Assembly: GCA_963778655.1 (NCBI GenBank)
Contig: CAVZVA010000010.1
Location: forward strand, 160,001 to 224,000
Source of the DNA: an uncultured delta proteobacterium
GTDB lineage: Bacteria > Myxococcota_A > Polyangia > Polyangiales > JAFGIB01
Reading direction: 5' to 3'
Length of the DNA: 64,000 nucleotides
Made by a program: the position numbers and the translations under genes. The notes beneath the pieces are model-generated. The model saw only the letters and a program-made list of their open reading frames with translations. It made no database searches and was not told the DNA's origin. Positions 1-11,058 of the stretch are shown here, piece after piece. Position 1 is the first letter of the stretch; each line of letters begins with the position of its first letter.

Positions 1-1858
1 CGGCCGACCTCGATGCGGCATGGGCAGTTCAGCCGCTCACGCTGACCCGTTACCCGGGGAGACCGGCCCTAATTCTGAAGGATCCCGGCGCTGAGCCCCT
101 GGACCTCGTCATGCGAGCGTACGAAGGATCCGCGATCGATCTGACCCGCTTCCTGCGCATTGCCATTGGTTTGGCAACATCCCTTGGCCATTCCCACCGG
201 CGTGGCCTCATCCACAAGGACGTCAAGCCTGCGAACGCGCTGGTCGACGAGTCCGGGCACGCGTGGCTCACGGGATTCGGCATCGCGTCCCGGCTTCCCC
301 GCGAGCGCCTGACGCCCGCCCCGCCCGAGGTCATTGCCGGCACCCTCGCCTATATGTCTCCCGAACAGACCGGGCGCATGAACGGCTCCATCGATTCCCG
401 GAGCGATCTCTACTCGTTGGGCGTCACGTTGTACCAATTGCTGACCGGCGCGCTCCCGTTCGCCGCCGACGATCCTCTGGAGTGGGTCCACTGCCACATC
501 GCGCGTCAGCCGGTGCCGCCCGCGAAGGGCCTCGCGGTCCCGGAACCGCTGTCTGCCATTGTCATGAAACTTCTCGCCAAGAATGCAGAGGAGCGTTATC
601 AGACGGCGGCAGGCCTCGAAGCCGATCTTCGGCGATGTCTCGCCGAACAGCAATCCCGTGGTCGCATCGATCCGATGCCTCTGGGCACCGACGACTCCTC
701 GGATCAATTGCTCATGCCGGAGAAACTGTACGGAAGGGAGCGCGAGGTCGGCACGCTGCTCGCGGCCTTCGATCGGGTGGTGGCGGAGGGCACGGCCGAA
801 CTCGTGTTGGTCTCCGGGTATTCCGGTGTCGGCAAGTCCTCGGTGGTAAATGAGCTGCACAAGGCGTTGGTTCCGCCGCGCGGACTCTTCGCTGCAGGCA
901 AAGTCGACCAGTACAAGCGCGACATACCGTACGCGACGCTGGCGCAGGCCTTCCAGAAGCTGATGCGCGAGATTCTGGCCAAGAGCGAAGCCGAGGTGGA
1001 CCGGTGGCGGCACGCCCTTCTGGAGGCGGTGGGCGCGAACGGCCAACTGATGGTCAACCTGATACCCGAAGTCGAATTCGTGATCGGCAAGCAACCGCCC
1101 GTGGCCGATCTGCCCCCGCAAGAAGCGCAGGGACGGTTCCAGTTGGTATTCCGGCGATTCCTCGGCGTCTTCGCCCGCCCGGAGCATCCCCTGGCGTTGT
1201 TCCTCGACGACCTGCAATGGCTGGACGCGGCAACCCTGGAACTGCTGGAGCGCCTGATCACCGATCCGGACGTGCGGCACCTGATGCTCATCGGCGCCTA
1301 CCGCGACAACGAAGTCAATGCATCTCACCCGCTCGTGCGGACACTGGCCACAATCCGCGACGCTGGCGCACGGACGCGGGACATCGTACTTGCGCCGCTC
1401 TGTCTTGACGACGTCGTCCGACTCACCGCCGAGTCCCTGCGTTGTGGGCCGAACTCCGCTCGTCCTCTGGCAGAGCTGGTTCACGGGAAGACCGGCGGCA
1501 ATCCCTTCTTCACCATCCAGTTCATCACCCGAGGCAGAGGCCACCACCGGCCACGGCAGAGTCGATGTCCAGGTTCGACAGGCGGACATCTCCGCATCCG
1601 ATCTTCCCAAGTCCGCGCTTCATTATGTGATGCGAACGAAGGAACGCGTGGTCCTCGATGATGCGTCGGCCCGTAACGCGTATTCGGATGACGAGTACTT
1701 TAGGCAGAGGAAAGCCAAATCTGTCCTCTGCCTGCCAATCGTTAAACAAGCCAAGCTGGTCGGCGTTCTGTATCTGGAAAACAATCTGGCTCCGCGCGTC
1801 TTCACGGCCGGCCGGGTGGCCGTCCTGGACATGCTGGCCTCGCAAGCCGCGATTTCAA
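1..1858 (+). pseudogene. Ser/Thr kinase-AAA ATPase-GAF multisensor kinase, starts before window, internally deleted (~1528) and 3' truncated
   Basis: HKDVKPAN kinase motif, GYSGVGKS Walker A, LDDLQW Walker B; jumps after GGNPFF into a GAF segment (SVLCLP..GVLYLENN..QAAIS) in another frame; no His-kinase end. Confidence 0.85.
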
Positions 1859-1859
1859 G

Positions 1860-2177
1860 CTCACGATTCGGCATCTCGTTGGTCAGTCCGATGCGTGCAT
1901 TCGCGTTGCAGAGTCGGATTCGACACTCGTTGGCTACTGTCTCGGATTCGAGCACCTCGCCTTTTACGCAAACGGACGCGTCGCCTGGCTCGAGGAAGTC
2001 ATGGTTGCAGAACGCTCGCGTCGTCTCGGAGTCGGTCGGGCGCTCATGGCTTCCTTCGAAGAATGGGCGAAGGGTCGTGGCGCCGTTCTTGTCGGTCTGG
2101 CTACCCGGCGAGCCGCACCCTTCTACGACGCGCTCGGCTACGAGCAGTCGGCGACCTTCTTCCGTCGCATCCTCTGA
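1860..2177 (+). pseudogene. GNAT acetyltransferase, 5'-truncated
   Basis: Manual translation of a frame not in the ORF track: ...LVGYCLGFEHLAFYANGRVAWLEEVMVAERSRRLGVGRALM...FYDALGY...FFRRIL*; RRLGVG acetyl-CoA motif. Confidence 0.75.
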
Positions 2178-2241
2178 CCTGCACAAAAGCGCGCGAGTCA
2201 TGAGCGTCGGAACGAACGCCCGAGTGCTTGGCAAGTGGGCC

Positions 2242-2411
2242 GCCTAACTTGGCATTGCAGCTGACTAGCCCCGCCGGTGCTGCTCTGCAGCGCACAGCGT
2301 TCGCGGGCCCGTCGACGCCATTTTGAAACTGCCGCGATGTCGCCGGGCCCGCGGTCGCGCTACGCTCACAGCTCAGGGGCGGGGCTTGCAGCTGAACGCC
2401 AAATTTTGGTG
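2242..2411 (+). other. Integron attC-like recombination site (degenerate R')
   Basis: R'' GCCTAAC; left arm TTGGCATTGCAGCTGACTAGCCCCGCC pairs with GGCGGGGCTTGCAGCTGAACGCCAA leaving two unpaired bases; GTT of R' not intact. Confidence 0.6.
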
Positions 2412-3158
2412 TCAGTCCGCGCAGCGACAGGCACGCGGATTTGAGCGCGGTTTGCGGCGGCTCGGCGCGCCTCGTCCGTGGAGTGCGCTCTACCAGCGGG
2501 CGCAGGGCGAGGAACGCGCCACGATACCCGCCGCGGGCCGGGCCCTGCGCGTGCCCCAGGAAGCGCTTGGCCATGTGCGCCATGAAGGCCGTCGCATCAG
2601 CATCCGAATCTGCCATCGTTCCACCCTCCAAAGCCGTTTCAATACTTAATGGCAGAATCGACACACGAGCGTCGCCTCGACGACGGCCGAACACGACCTG
2701 CACGCTGTTCATGAATCGGCGCCCTGATCGTAGAGCCCGCGAATCGCGATGAAAAATTGTCACCGGTGGCGCCCGGTGCGCACACGCACGCATGATCACA
2801 AATCGGTCAGGCGCCGATGTGGCACGGCGCCGTTTCCGGCGATGGCTGCGCGCCAGCCCGCCCGTACGTCGTCACGGGCGTTCGAGCAGCGCCTTGAGCG
2901 CCGCCAAGTCCTTCTCGGTCGCGCGGCGCATCGCGGCCGCCGCCGCGATTGTCCCAAAATGCCCCACCAGTTCGACCCCTCGCCCTCATCCCTACGAACG
3001 TCAGGGGCGTCAGGGGATTGCCTTGTGCGCCCTGTCGCACGCAGTCTGCCGAATGGGGTCGCGCTCCGAGCAAGCCTTCGCTCCGAGCACGCCTTGAAGA
3101 ACGGAGACGTGACGTGGTAGCAACCGTGCGCGAAGCGCGGTTGCGTTCGGGGGCTCGG

Positions 3159-3848
3159 ATGCGTCGGGTTGTGTTGGGGCTGGCTTTCTTGATCGCGGGG
3201 CAAACCGCCATACGGGGGCTTGCGCAGCCCACCGCGGCAACACCACCGCCGGGCGTTTCGCAGGCCAACGACGACACGGCCCGGGGCCTCTATCAGGCCG
3301 GCAAGGCCGCGTACGAGGCCGGCAACTTCAAGGAAGCGCTGGGGTTCTTCGAGCAAGCCTACCAGCACAGTCCGCGACCGGGCTTCTTGTTCAACATCGG
3401 ACAGGTCGCGGACCGGCTGCGCCAGGACGACAAAGCGATCACGGCCTTCAAGGCGTATCTCGACCAGGTGCCGCGCGCTGACAACCGCGCTGAAGTGCAG
3501 CAGCGATTGAGTGCGCTCGAAGAAGCAAAACGCCAGCGAGAAGCCGCTGCGGCGGCGCCCGCTGCACCCACGACGACCCGGGCCCCCGCGCCGGCCTCCG
3601 CTCCAAGTCCGACCACCGTAGCCGCGAGTGCGTCGTCAGCACCGAACGACGCCGCGTTGACCCATCCTGAGCCCCAAGACGAGACGCCACCGGGCAAGCC
3701 GGTGACCAAGCAGTGGTGGTTCTGGACGGGCCTTGGTGCGGTGGTGGTCGGTGGAGCAGCCGTTGCGCTTGCGGTCGCCCTCGGCGGCGGCAGCGCCGGA
3801 CAGCCAGCTCCATTCCAAGGGAGCGCCAGGGCCGTACGGGGGCCGTAG
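3159..3848 (+). CDS. Tetratricopeptide-repeat protein, signal peptide and C-terminal hydrophobic segment
   Basis: ARGLYQAGKAAYEAGNFKEALGFFEQAY TPR; KQWWFWTG tail typical of myxobacteria. Confidence 0.8.
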   Translation: MRRVVLGLAFLIAGQTAIRGLAQPTAATPPPGVSQANDDTARGLYQAGKAAYEAGNFKEALGFFEQAYQHSPRPGFLFNIGQVADRLRQDDKAITAFKAYLDQVPRADNRAEVQQRLSALEEAKRQREAAAAAPAAPTTTRAPAPASAPSPTTVAASASSAPNDAALTHPEPQDETPPGKPVTKQWWFWTGLGAVVVGGAAVALAVALGGGSAGQPAPFQGSARAVRGP

Positions 3849-3862
3849 GCAGGGGGCCGGAG

Positions 3863-5827
3863 ATGAAGCTCGTGCGGTCAGCGATCCTGGTTTCGACGCT
3901 CTGCGTGCTCGCCTCGGCCTGTGCAAAGTCCAAGCAAACGCCGCTCACCCAGATCGTGGTGGCGATCACGAGCGACTTGGCGCCCGTGGCTGAGCTTTCG
4001 CGGATCGAGGTGAAGATCAGCAAGCGCGACGGAAGCGACGTCGTGTCGATGCGAGATTTCACGTTGGTGGTGAAGAACCCCAAGGCCGGCGAGCAGGCGC
4101 TGCCGGTGACTTTTGCGGTCACCAAGGGAACGCAGTCGTCCTTCTTGCTTGTGGTGACCGGCTATGGACCGCTTGGGGCGGGCGGTGCCGAGGAAGCGAT
4201 CGTCGAGGAGCGTTACATCGCCACGTTTCAAGAACACGAGACCCGACTGCTCCAAGTCTTCCTCGGGCGCGTATGTCTGAACCAGCTTTGCGGCGGCACC
4301 GGCGTGCAGGTCTGCTATCCGGCGGACAACGGCACCGTGAAGGCTGGGGAGTGCGGGCAGATCCTCTCGCTTGGCAGCGGCGACCTGAAGCAGGTGGACC
4401 CGAGCAAGCTGCCGAACCTGGCTCAACTGCCTATGGGGGTCACGGTGCTCGACGCCGGTGCTGGTGACGCTCAAGGGCAGGGTGGCGACGCGGCGATGGA
4501 TGCCGGCTCTGCCGACGCAGGCGTGGGTGGGACGGGTGGGGTTGGTGGTCTCGGCGGTCAGGGAGGGAGCGACAGCGGTGGCAGCGGCGAGGCGGGATCG
4601 GACTGCGACCGCGGAGGCCCTACAGGCTGCACTGAAATATGCGGCGATGGACGGCTCGTGGGGAACGAGGCCAAGGCGGGCGGCTGCGACGACAAGAACA
4701 CGATGTCCGGCGACGGTTGCAGCGCGTCGTGCCGGGTAGAGGCCGGCTACACGTGCACTGGCGAGCCTTCGACGTGCTCGGACATCGACGAGTGTAGCGA
4801 AGGGACGAACGACTGCAGCGCAAACGCCAAGTGCACGAATACGCCCGGGAGCTTCACCTGCGCGTGCAACGCAGGCTACTCCGGGGATGGCGTCAACTGC
4901 ACTCTGCCATCCTGCACGGGGATGACGGGCACGGAGTGCCAGGGCGGGGACTGCTGCGCCAGCCTCCCGGTCTCAGGCGGCGCATTCTACCAGCGCTACG
5001 ATGGCGTGACCTCCGGATACACCAGCGAAGCCAACCCAGCCACAATCAGCGACTTTCGCTTGGACAAGTACGACATCACCGTCGGGAGGTTTCGGAACTT
5101 CGTGACGGCGTGGGACGGCGGCTGGCGACCGAACGACGGCGCCGGCAAGCACGCGTACCTCAACGGGGGCAGCGGGCTCGTCGCGACCGGGGGCGCGTAC
5201 GAGCCCGGTTGGGACGCCGCGAACTGGACCTCATTGCTCGCGACGACACCGAGCGAGTGGGACGCGAATCTCGCCTGCAGCTCCACTTTTGCGACGTGGA
5301 CGAGCTCCTCGGCGGACCACGAGGAACGAGCGATCACTTGCATCACGTGGTACGAGGCCTATGCGTTCTGCATCTGGGACGGCGGCTTCTTGCCCAGCGC
5401 CGCTGAGTGGAACTACGCGGCCGCCGGCGGCGATGAGCAGCGGGTGTACCCGTGGTCGAGTCCACCGAGCTCGGCGAGCATCGATTGTAGCCATGCGAAC
5501 TACAAGGGTGCGTCGGGTGGAATGGACTATTGCACTTTGCCGGGGGTTGGGGGTGTGACCGACGTCGGAGCAGAATCGCCGAACGGTGACGGTCGCTATG
5601 GCCAGGCGGACCTGGTCGGCAACGTGTGGCAATGGGATCTGGACTACAGCGGCTCACTGTCCGCGACCTGCAACGACTGTACCGACCTGACCCCTGCCTC
5701 GCAGCGCATCTTCGTGGGTGGAAGCTTCGGCTACGACGCGTCTGCTCTGGTGTCGTCCTATCGCTGGGCCGCCTCCCCATCGCTTCGTGGCGGCGACGTC
5801 GGGGCCCGTTGCGCGAGGGCTCCCTAG
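3863..5827 (+). CDS. Lipoprotein with Cys-rich repeat, Ca-EGF and formylglycine-generating-enzyme (SUMF1) domain
   Basis: LASAC lipobox; CGDG..CDD.N..SGDGCS repeat; DIDEC EGF; FLPSAAEW, DLVGNVWQW, GARCAR FGE motifs. Confidence 0.85.
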   Translation: MKLVRSAILVSTLCVLASACAKSKQTPLTQIVVAITSDLAPVAELSRIEVKISKRDGSDVVSMRDFTLVVKNPKAGEQALPVTFAVTKGTQSSFLLVVTGYGPLGAGGAEEAIVEERYIATFQEHETRLLQVFLGRVCLNQLCGGTGVQVCYPADNGTVKAGECGQILSLGSGDLKQVDPSKLPNLAQLPMGVTVLDAGAGDAQGQGGDAAMDAGSADAGVGGTGGVGGLGGQGGSDSGGSGEAGSDCDRGGPTGCTEICGDGRLVGNEAKAGGCDDKNTMSGDGCSASCRVEAGYTCTGEPSTCSDIDECSEGTNDCSANAKCTNTPGSFTCACNAGYSGDGVNCTLPSCTGMTGTECQGGDCCASLPVSGGAFYQRYDGVTSGYTSEANPATISDFRLDKYDITVGRFRNFVTAWDGGWRPNDGAGKHAYLNGGSGLVATGGAYEPGWDAANWTSLLATTPSEWDANLACSSTFATWTSSSADHEERAITCITWYEAYAFCIWDGGFLPSAAEWNYAAAGGDEQRVYPWSSPPSSASIDCSHANYKGASGGMDYCTLPGVGGVTDVGAESPNGDGRYGQADLVGNVWQWDLDYSGSLSATCNDCTDLTPASQRIFVGGSFGYDASALVSSYRWAASPSLRGGDVGARCARAP

Positions 5828-6400
5828 TCCGTCGCCCCGCCCGCGCAAACGGCCGACACGCCCAGGCACTTCCATCACGAGCGCGTGCCGAACAGGAAGG
5901 AAATCTACGGCTGACCCGGACCCCAGCGACGTTCTAGTTTGCTGTTTAGTGAATAACATGGCATAAATGATCGCGCGTCTCGTTGGTCGTGGCTGCCGGC
6001 TTCGGACCGCGAGAGGGCCCAGGCCCTAGCATGAACGTCACGCTCGAGGACACGCTGGCTGCACTTCGCGCGCTCCGAGGGCTGGGTGTTTCCGAACGGA
6101 GCTGGCAAGCCGTGCGCGAACGGCTCGCTGCATGCAGCAAACAAGCGGGTGCTGGCTCACGCCAAGATCACCAAGCGCGTCACGATCCATGGCCTGCGGC
6201 GCACGGCGACGGACCTGCTCCGGCGCGCCGCGGTTGACCCGGTCGCGGCCAAGGCGATCATCGGGCACACCACCGACCGCATGCGCGAGCACTACTCGAC
6301 CGTGGGCGCCGACGAGGCCCGCGGCAGCGGGCAGCGCACCATCTCGCTCGTGCCTGCGGTGCAGCGCACCCCAAGTGGTTGATCGAGTGGTTGATCGACC
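5827..6400 (+). mobile_element. Collapsed integrative-element remnant: traK 3' end + start of xis ORF + integrase C-terminus
   Basis: 5827-~6078 is an inverted homolog of ~34025-34279; fused to GWVFP..HGLRRT..IGHTTDRMREHY; ends in AGTGGTTGATCG direct repeats. Confidence 0.75.
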
Positions 6401-6465
6401 CTCTGGGGCCCGGCTCGCCAGCTCGACCACTCCGCTAAGTGCTGGCAGCGCTTGACCAAATCGTA

Positions 6466-6489
6466 GAGCGGGAGAAGGGATTCGAACCC
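6466..6489 (-). repeat. att-like copy of tRNA-Gly 3' end (24 bp)
   Basis: GAGCGGGAGAAGGGATTCGAACCC identical to 32365-32388. Confidence 0.75.
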
Positions 6490-6952
6490 GTTCGCAAGCG
6501 TTCTTCTAACCTGGCGACATCGCACGTCTTTCTGGCCTACAGGTTCGTAATCGCTCCGTCTTTCACCCTCCCACGAATCCACTGCAGTCCACCCGTGTCG
6601 ACAGCAATCGACCCTGGTTTTGGAGACGTTTTGGAGACGGTGGCACCCCCGATTGTGCATCTCGGGGATCGTGCTCGGCCGAAGCTCACTTCGAGGGTGA
6701 AGGCTTCGCTGCCGCCGCGTACTGCGCGGAGGTTCCAGTCCAGCCCCACGTTGGTGTGGCTGCACCAGCAAGCTGTGGAACCCCGCGCGCCCACTCCTCA
6801 TGAAGCAGCGACTTGTCGACCTGTTGGTAGAACGCGGAGTCAACGAGGCCACGGAGCGCTCGGGCTATGCCCGCGACGTCCCACCGCTTCTCTTGTGGCA
6901 AACTGTGCGACGTACAGGGATCGTGGAGACGTCTTCTCATCCGAAGCGCCGG

Positions 6953-7246
6953 TCATGCGCAGCAGACAATGGGCCGGCAGCTCTCCCGCGGCGCGTGCGC
7001 CTGCGTTCTCCTCGTTCTTTTGGCACCGAAGGCGCCGAGGTGGCCGAGGCACGCGGCCGAATCGGCGTAGCGCTCCAGCACGTGCATGGTCTTGCCGTCC
7101 TGCGAGATGCTGAAGCGGTAGTCGAGCGCGCCCGGCTCGGCCCGTGTGGACTCCACCATCGCGTTCATCAGCTGCTCGAGGGCCACGCGTTGCCCGTCAT
7201 TGATTCGCACTTCCAGCACCCAGCAGACGTTCTGCTTGTCGGTCAT
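6953..7246 (-). pseudogene. ABM-family putative quinol monooxygenase, C-terminus degenerate
   Basis: AMVESTRAEPGALDYRF..HVLERYADSAACLGHL. Confidence 0.6.
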
Positions 7247-7456
7247 GGTGATTGATTTGCTCCTGGTGGCTTGCCGCGCCCGCGTCCCTCGCGGGTCGGT
7301 CGTGATGCTTTCAGCTAGCCAGCAGGCGCTTCCGAGCACATGGGTAGAACCACCCAGAAGCCGCCAAATGGGCGGGCCGATTGCTCCGGGCCAGGGGCCG
7401 GAATGGCCCGAGCCGGGCGCGGTTTCGCCACGCGCCGGACCGTGTTATCCAGGTCC

Positions 7457-8644
7457 ATGCGCTGCGCGTCGTTGCTCGCGCTCTCGCTCTTCGTCGCGGG
7501 CGTCGCCGCTGCGTGCAGCGGCGGCAGAGCGAGCGAAGGCGGCGGCGCATCGGGCGCGGGCGGGCAAGGCGGCGGCGCTCCGGGCGCAAGCGGGGGCGCG
7601 AGTGCCGTGGGCGGTCAGGGCGGCACCGGCGCGACCGGTGGGACGGGAGGCGGCGGCGCGGCGGGCAGCGCCGGCAACACGGGCGGCAGCGCGGGACCGG
7701 ACGCCGCGACCGACGCCGGCCCCGCGGACGGCGGCGTGACGAACGGCGACGCCGGCGGCGGCGCGTTGCCCGAAGGCAATACCGGCATCGCTGCCAACCA
7801 TCCGGGCGACCTGGGCATCGCGAGCGATCCCGATGTGATCTTCGCCGACGATTTCGAAAGCTACGCGCCGACCGCGATGGGGCAGGACTTCACGACGCGC
7901 TGGGACTCGGTCTACCAGAACCAGTACGTGAGCATCGCGACCGACGCGGCCAACGTGCACGCCGGCAAGCAGGCGCTCGAGCTCACGCTGCCGCAGCAGA
8001 CCGCCGAGCTCAGCGACGGCACCGACAAGGTCCTGACGCAGGAACGCGACACGCTGTACCTGCGCTACTACGGCAAGTTCCAACCGCCGTTCGACGTGGT
8101 GGGCTCGAGTCACAACGGGTCGAGCATCTCCGCCCACTACTTCGACGGCAACATGGCCACGCCCGGCGTGCCGGCAGACGGCACCAACAAGTTCCTCGTC
8201 AATCTCGAGAGCTGGCGCGGCGACGCCTCGACCATGTCGCCCGGCCTGCTCAACGTCTACGTCTATCACCCCGAGCAGCGCACGCAGTACGGCGACCACT
8301 TCTACCCGACCGGGCTCGTCGATCCGAACACCAGCATCCCGTTCGACTTCGGCCCGGATTTCGTGCCCCGCCCCGACGTGATTCCGGAGCTCGGGCGCTG
8401 GTATTGCTACGAGTACATGGTGCACGCCAACACCCCGGGCCAACGCGACGGGCGCATCGCGATCTGGCTCGACGGCAAGCTGGTGGCCGATTTCGGCAAC
8501 CTGCGCTTCCGCGACATCGCCAGCTTGAAGATCGACCGCTTCGGCCTGTCGTTCCACATCAAGAGCAACCCGAACGGCGAGGCCAAGAAGTGGTACGACG
8601 ACGTGGTCGCCGCCACCCGCTACATCGGCCCGATGGTGCAGTGA
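7457..8644 (+). CDS. Lipoprotein with Gly-rich linker and polysaccharide-lyase-like/ConA beta-sandwich domain
   Basis: VAAAC lipobox; IFADDFE, GRWYCYE..DGRIAIWLDG, WYDDVV motifs. Confidence 0.7.
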   Translation: MRCASLLALSLFVAGVAAACSGGRASEGGGASGAGGQGGGAPGASGGASAVGGQGGTGATGGTGGGGAAGSAGNTGGSAGPDAATDAGPADGGVTNGDAGGGALPEGNTGIAANHPGDLGIASDPDVIFADDFESYAPTAMGQDFTTRWDSVYQNQYVSIATDAANVHAGKQALELTLPQQTAELSDGTDKVLTQERDTLYLRYYGKFQPPFDVVGSSHNGSSISAHYFDGNMATPGVPADGTNKFLVNLESWRGDASTMSPGLLNVYVYHPEQRTQYGDHFYPTGLVDPNTSIPFDFGPDFVPRPDVIPELGRWYCYEYMVHANTPGQRDGRIAIWLDGKLVADFGNLRFRDIASLKIDRFGLSFHIKSNPNGEAKKWYDDVVAATRYIGPMVQ

Positions 8645-8735
8645 AGCCCGAAGCGCCGCCCGCGACCCGTGGCCCGGCGCAGCCCGGTGTCTACGTGAGT
8701 GGGCAGCCGCACGCCGGCCCACCGGAGGTGACGCG

Positions 8736-9935
8736 ATGGCAGCCCCCAGACAGCTCCTGATCGAAGGCGCGGTGGCCAAGGCCTTCGAGCCCGTGCGCGA
8801 GGCGTTCATCGAGAATTTCGCGCGCCGCCGCGAGCTGGGCGGCGCGTGCTGCATCTACCAGCACGGCGAAAAGGTGGTGGACCTGTGGGGCGGCCTGCGC
8901 GATCGGGTAAGCGGCGAGCCGTGGCGGGCCGACACCATGGTCGTCGTCCACTCGACCACCAAGGGCTTGTCGGCGCTGGCCATGGCGCTCGCCTGTTCGC
9001 GCGGCCTGCTCGACTACGACGAGCGCGTCTGCGCGTACTGGCCGGAGTTCGCGCAGGCCGGCAAGGAGCGCATCACCGTGCGTCAGCTGCTCGCCCACCA
9101 GGCGGGGCTATTCGGGTTCGACGACCCGGTCGACCGCGAGGTGGTGGCCGACCTCGGTCGTCTGGCCGCGGTCATGGCGCGCCAGCGCCCCGCGTGGGAG
9201 CCGGGCGAGCGGCAGGCGTACCACGCGATCACGCTCGGCTTCTACGAGAGCGAGCTGATCCGCCGGGTCGATCCGGCGCACCGCAGCCTGGGTCGCTTCT
9301 TCGCCGACGAGCTCGCAGCGCCGCTCGGCCTCGAGTTCTACATCGGCCTGCCCGACGCGATCCCCGAAAGCCGCGTGGCGCCGCTCGAGCCGCCGCGCCT
9401 GCGCGAGCGCCTGGTCGGGATGCCGCTGCCGGTCGTGCTGGCGTCGATGAGCAAGCACTCGGTGCTCTACCGTTCGCTGATCGCCAACCCCGGCACGGGG
9501 TTCTACGTCGATGCCCAGCGCCGCGTGGTGCGAAACCTGGAGGTCCCCTCAGGAGGCGGCGTCGGCACTGCGCGCGCGATCGCCAAGGCCTACGGCGTGT
9601 TCGCGGCCGGCGGACGCGAGCTCGGGCTGCGCCCGGAAACCCTCGAAGCGCTGAAGGCGCCGGCGGTTCCGCCGCGCCGCGGCTTCTTCGACGAGTGTCT
9701 GCGCGGAGCCGCGCGCTTCTCGCTGGGCTTCATGAAGCCCAGCGAAGGGTTCCCCTTCGGTCATCCGGGCGCATACGGCGCGCCCGGCGCCGGCGGCTCG
9801 ATGGGCTACGCCGACCCGGAGCTGGGCATCGGCTACGGCTATGTGACGAACACGATGGGCATGAGCCTGTCGGGCGATCCGCGCGACGTGGCGCTGCGCG
9901 CCGCGATCCCGGAAAGCGCCCGGCGCGCCGCGTAG
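8736..9935 (+). CDS. Serine hydrolase, beta-lactamase/esterase family
   Basis: STTK (SxxK), LLAHQAG, YHA, GAGGS motifs. Confidence 0.9.
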   Translation: MAAPRQLLIEGAVAKAFEPVREAFIENFARRRELGGACCIYQHGEKVVDLWGGLRDRVSGEPWRADTMVVVHSTTKGLSALAMALACSRGLLDYDERVCAYWPEFAQAGKERITVRQLLAHQAGLFGFDDPVDREVVADLGRLAAVMARQRPAWEPGERQAYHAITLGFYESELIRRVDPAHRSLGRFFADELAAPLGLEFYIGLPDAIPESRVAPLEPPRLRERLVGMPLPVVLASMSKHSVLYRSLIANPGTGFYVDAQRRVVRNLEVPSGGGVGTARAIAKAYGVFAAGGRELGLRPETLEALKAPAVPPRRGFFDECLRGAARFSLGFMKPSEGFPFGHPGAYGAPGAGGSMGYADPELGIGYGYVTNTMGMSLSGDPRDVALRAAIPESARRAA

Positions 9936-9953
9936 CGGGCGCGGGCCGCCTCG

Positions 9954-10943
9954 CTACGAGCGCTGCCCGTCGCGAAAGCGCGCGTGCGCGCGCCAGCCGA
10001 GCACGCCGACGACGGTCAGCAAGCCGCCGGTCCCGATTGCGATCGCCGCCGCGTCGGCCAACTCCCACAGCCGCACCGCGCGACGCAGCGCGCTGTGCTC
10101 GGGGTGGCGGTGGCCCGACGAGCCAGCCGCCGCGGAGTGCGCGCGCGGATGGGTTTTCGATCGCACCCGCTTGGGCTGGACCGGACCGTGAACGGCGGAC
10201 GGCTGCACGGCGGCAGCGGCGACGCTCGCGGGCTCCTCGGCCTGCGCCTCGCCGGCAGGTTCGGCGGTCTCTTCGTCCGTGGCCTGCGCTGCTTGCTCGG
10301 CACCAGGCTCGGGCGCAGCTCGCTCCTCCTGCGGGGGCTGCGCCGTAGGCGCGGGTGGCTGCTCGGCGTCGGCAGCAGCGGGCTGCGGCGCAGTCGCGGC
10401 TTCGGGCGCGCTCGCCACCGGCGCCGCTTGGACCGGCACCGTCGCGGGCACGTTCCACAGATCGGCGCCACCGTGGAAGTACGCGCCGCCAGGTTGCCCC
10501 TGGGCAGGGATGCTGGTCGCTTCCGCGCCATTCGAGAAGAGCTCGGCGCCCGGTCGACCTGCCGCGGGCACGCTCGTGGCGTCGGCGCCACGCGAGAACA
10601 ACGGATTGGGCGGCTGGCCGGGCGGCGCCACGCTGGTCACCTCGGCACCGCTGGAGAAGTAGGGATTGGACAGCGCGCCCGGCGACACGACGGTGGTCGA
10701 CTGGGCGCCCTGCGAGAAATACAGGCTACCCGGCGGGACGGTGGTGGCTTCGGCGCCGTTGGAGAAGTACTGGCCGCCGGGCTGGCTCGGCCCCGGCACG
10801 CTGGTCGCTTCCGCGCCGTTCGACATGTACTGCTGGGCAGGGTCCGGGCTCGATTGCGCCCGGGCCGTCGCGGCTCCGATCAGGGAAAGACACGCAACCA
10901 CCGCACAGTCGCGCGCCGCCATCCTGAAACCTGAGCTACCCAT
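9954..10943 (-). CDS. Secreted/membrane-anchored protein with seven (Y/F)FSxGAEATxVP-type repeats
   Basis: Signal peptide ending ARA-Q, repeats, Ala/Pro/Glu stalk, C-terminal TM plus basic tail. Confidence 0.65.
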   Translation of the reverse strand: MGSSGFRMAARDCAVVACLSLIGAATARAQSSPDPAQQYMSNGAEATSVPGPSQPGGQYFSNGAEATTVPPGSLYFSQGAQSTTVVSPGALSNPYFSSGAEVTSVAPPGQPPNPLFSRGADATSVPAAGRPGAELFSNGAEATSIPAQGQPGGAYFHGGADLWNVPATVPVQAAPVASAPEAATAPQPAAADAEQPPAPTAQPPQEERAAPEPGAEQAAQATDEETAEPAGEAQAEEPASVAAAAVQPSAVHGPVQPKRVRSKTHPRAHSAAAGSSGHRHPEHSALRRAVRLWELADAAAIAIGTGGLLTVVGVLGWRAHARFRDGQRS

Positions 10944-11058
10944 CGCGCCCTCCACGGACCGAGGCTCGCTGCAGCGTACCCTGGAAAAGCCACGGGCGCC
11001 GCGGCCCCAGCATGGGGGGTGAGCGGCGGGCGCGCGGCCGGGCATACTGGTCCAAGCC

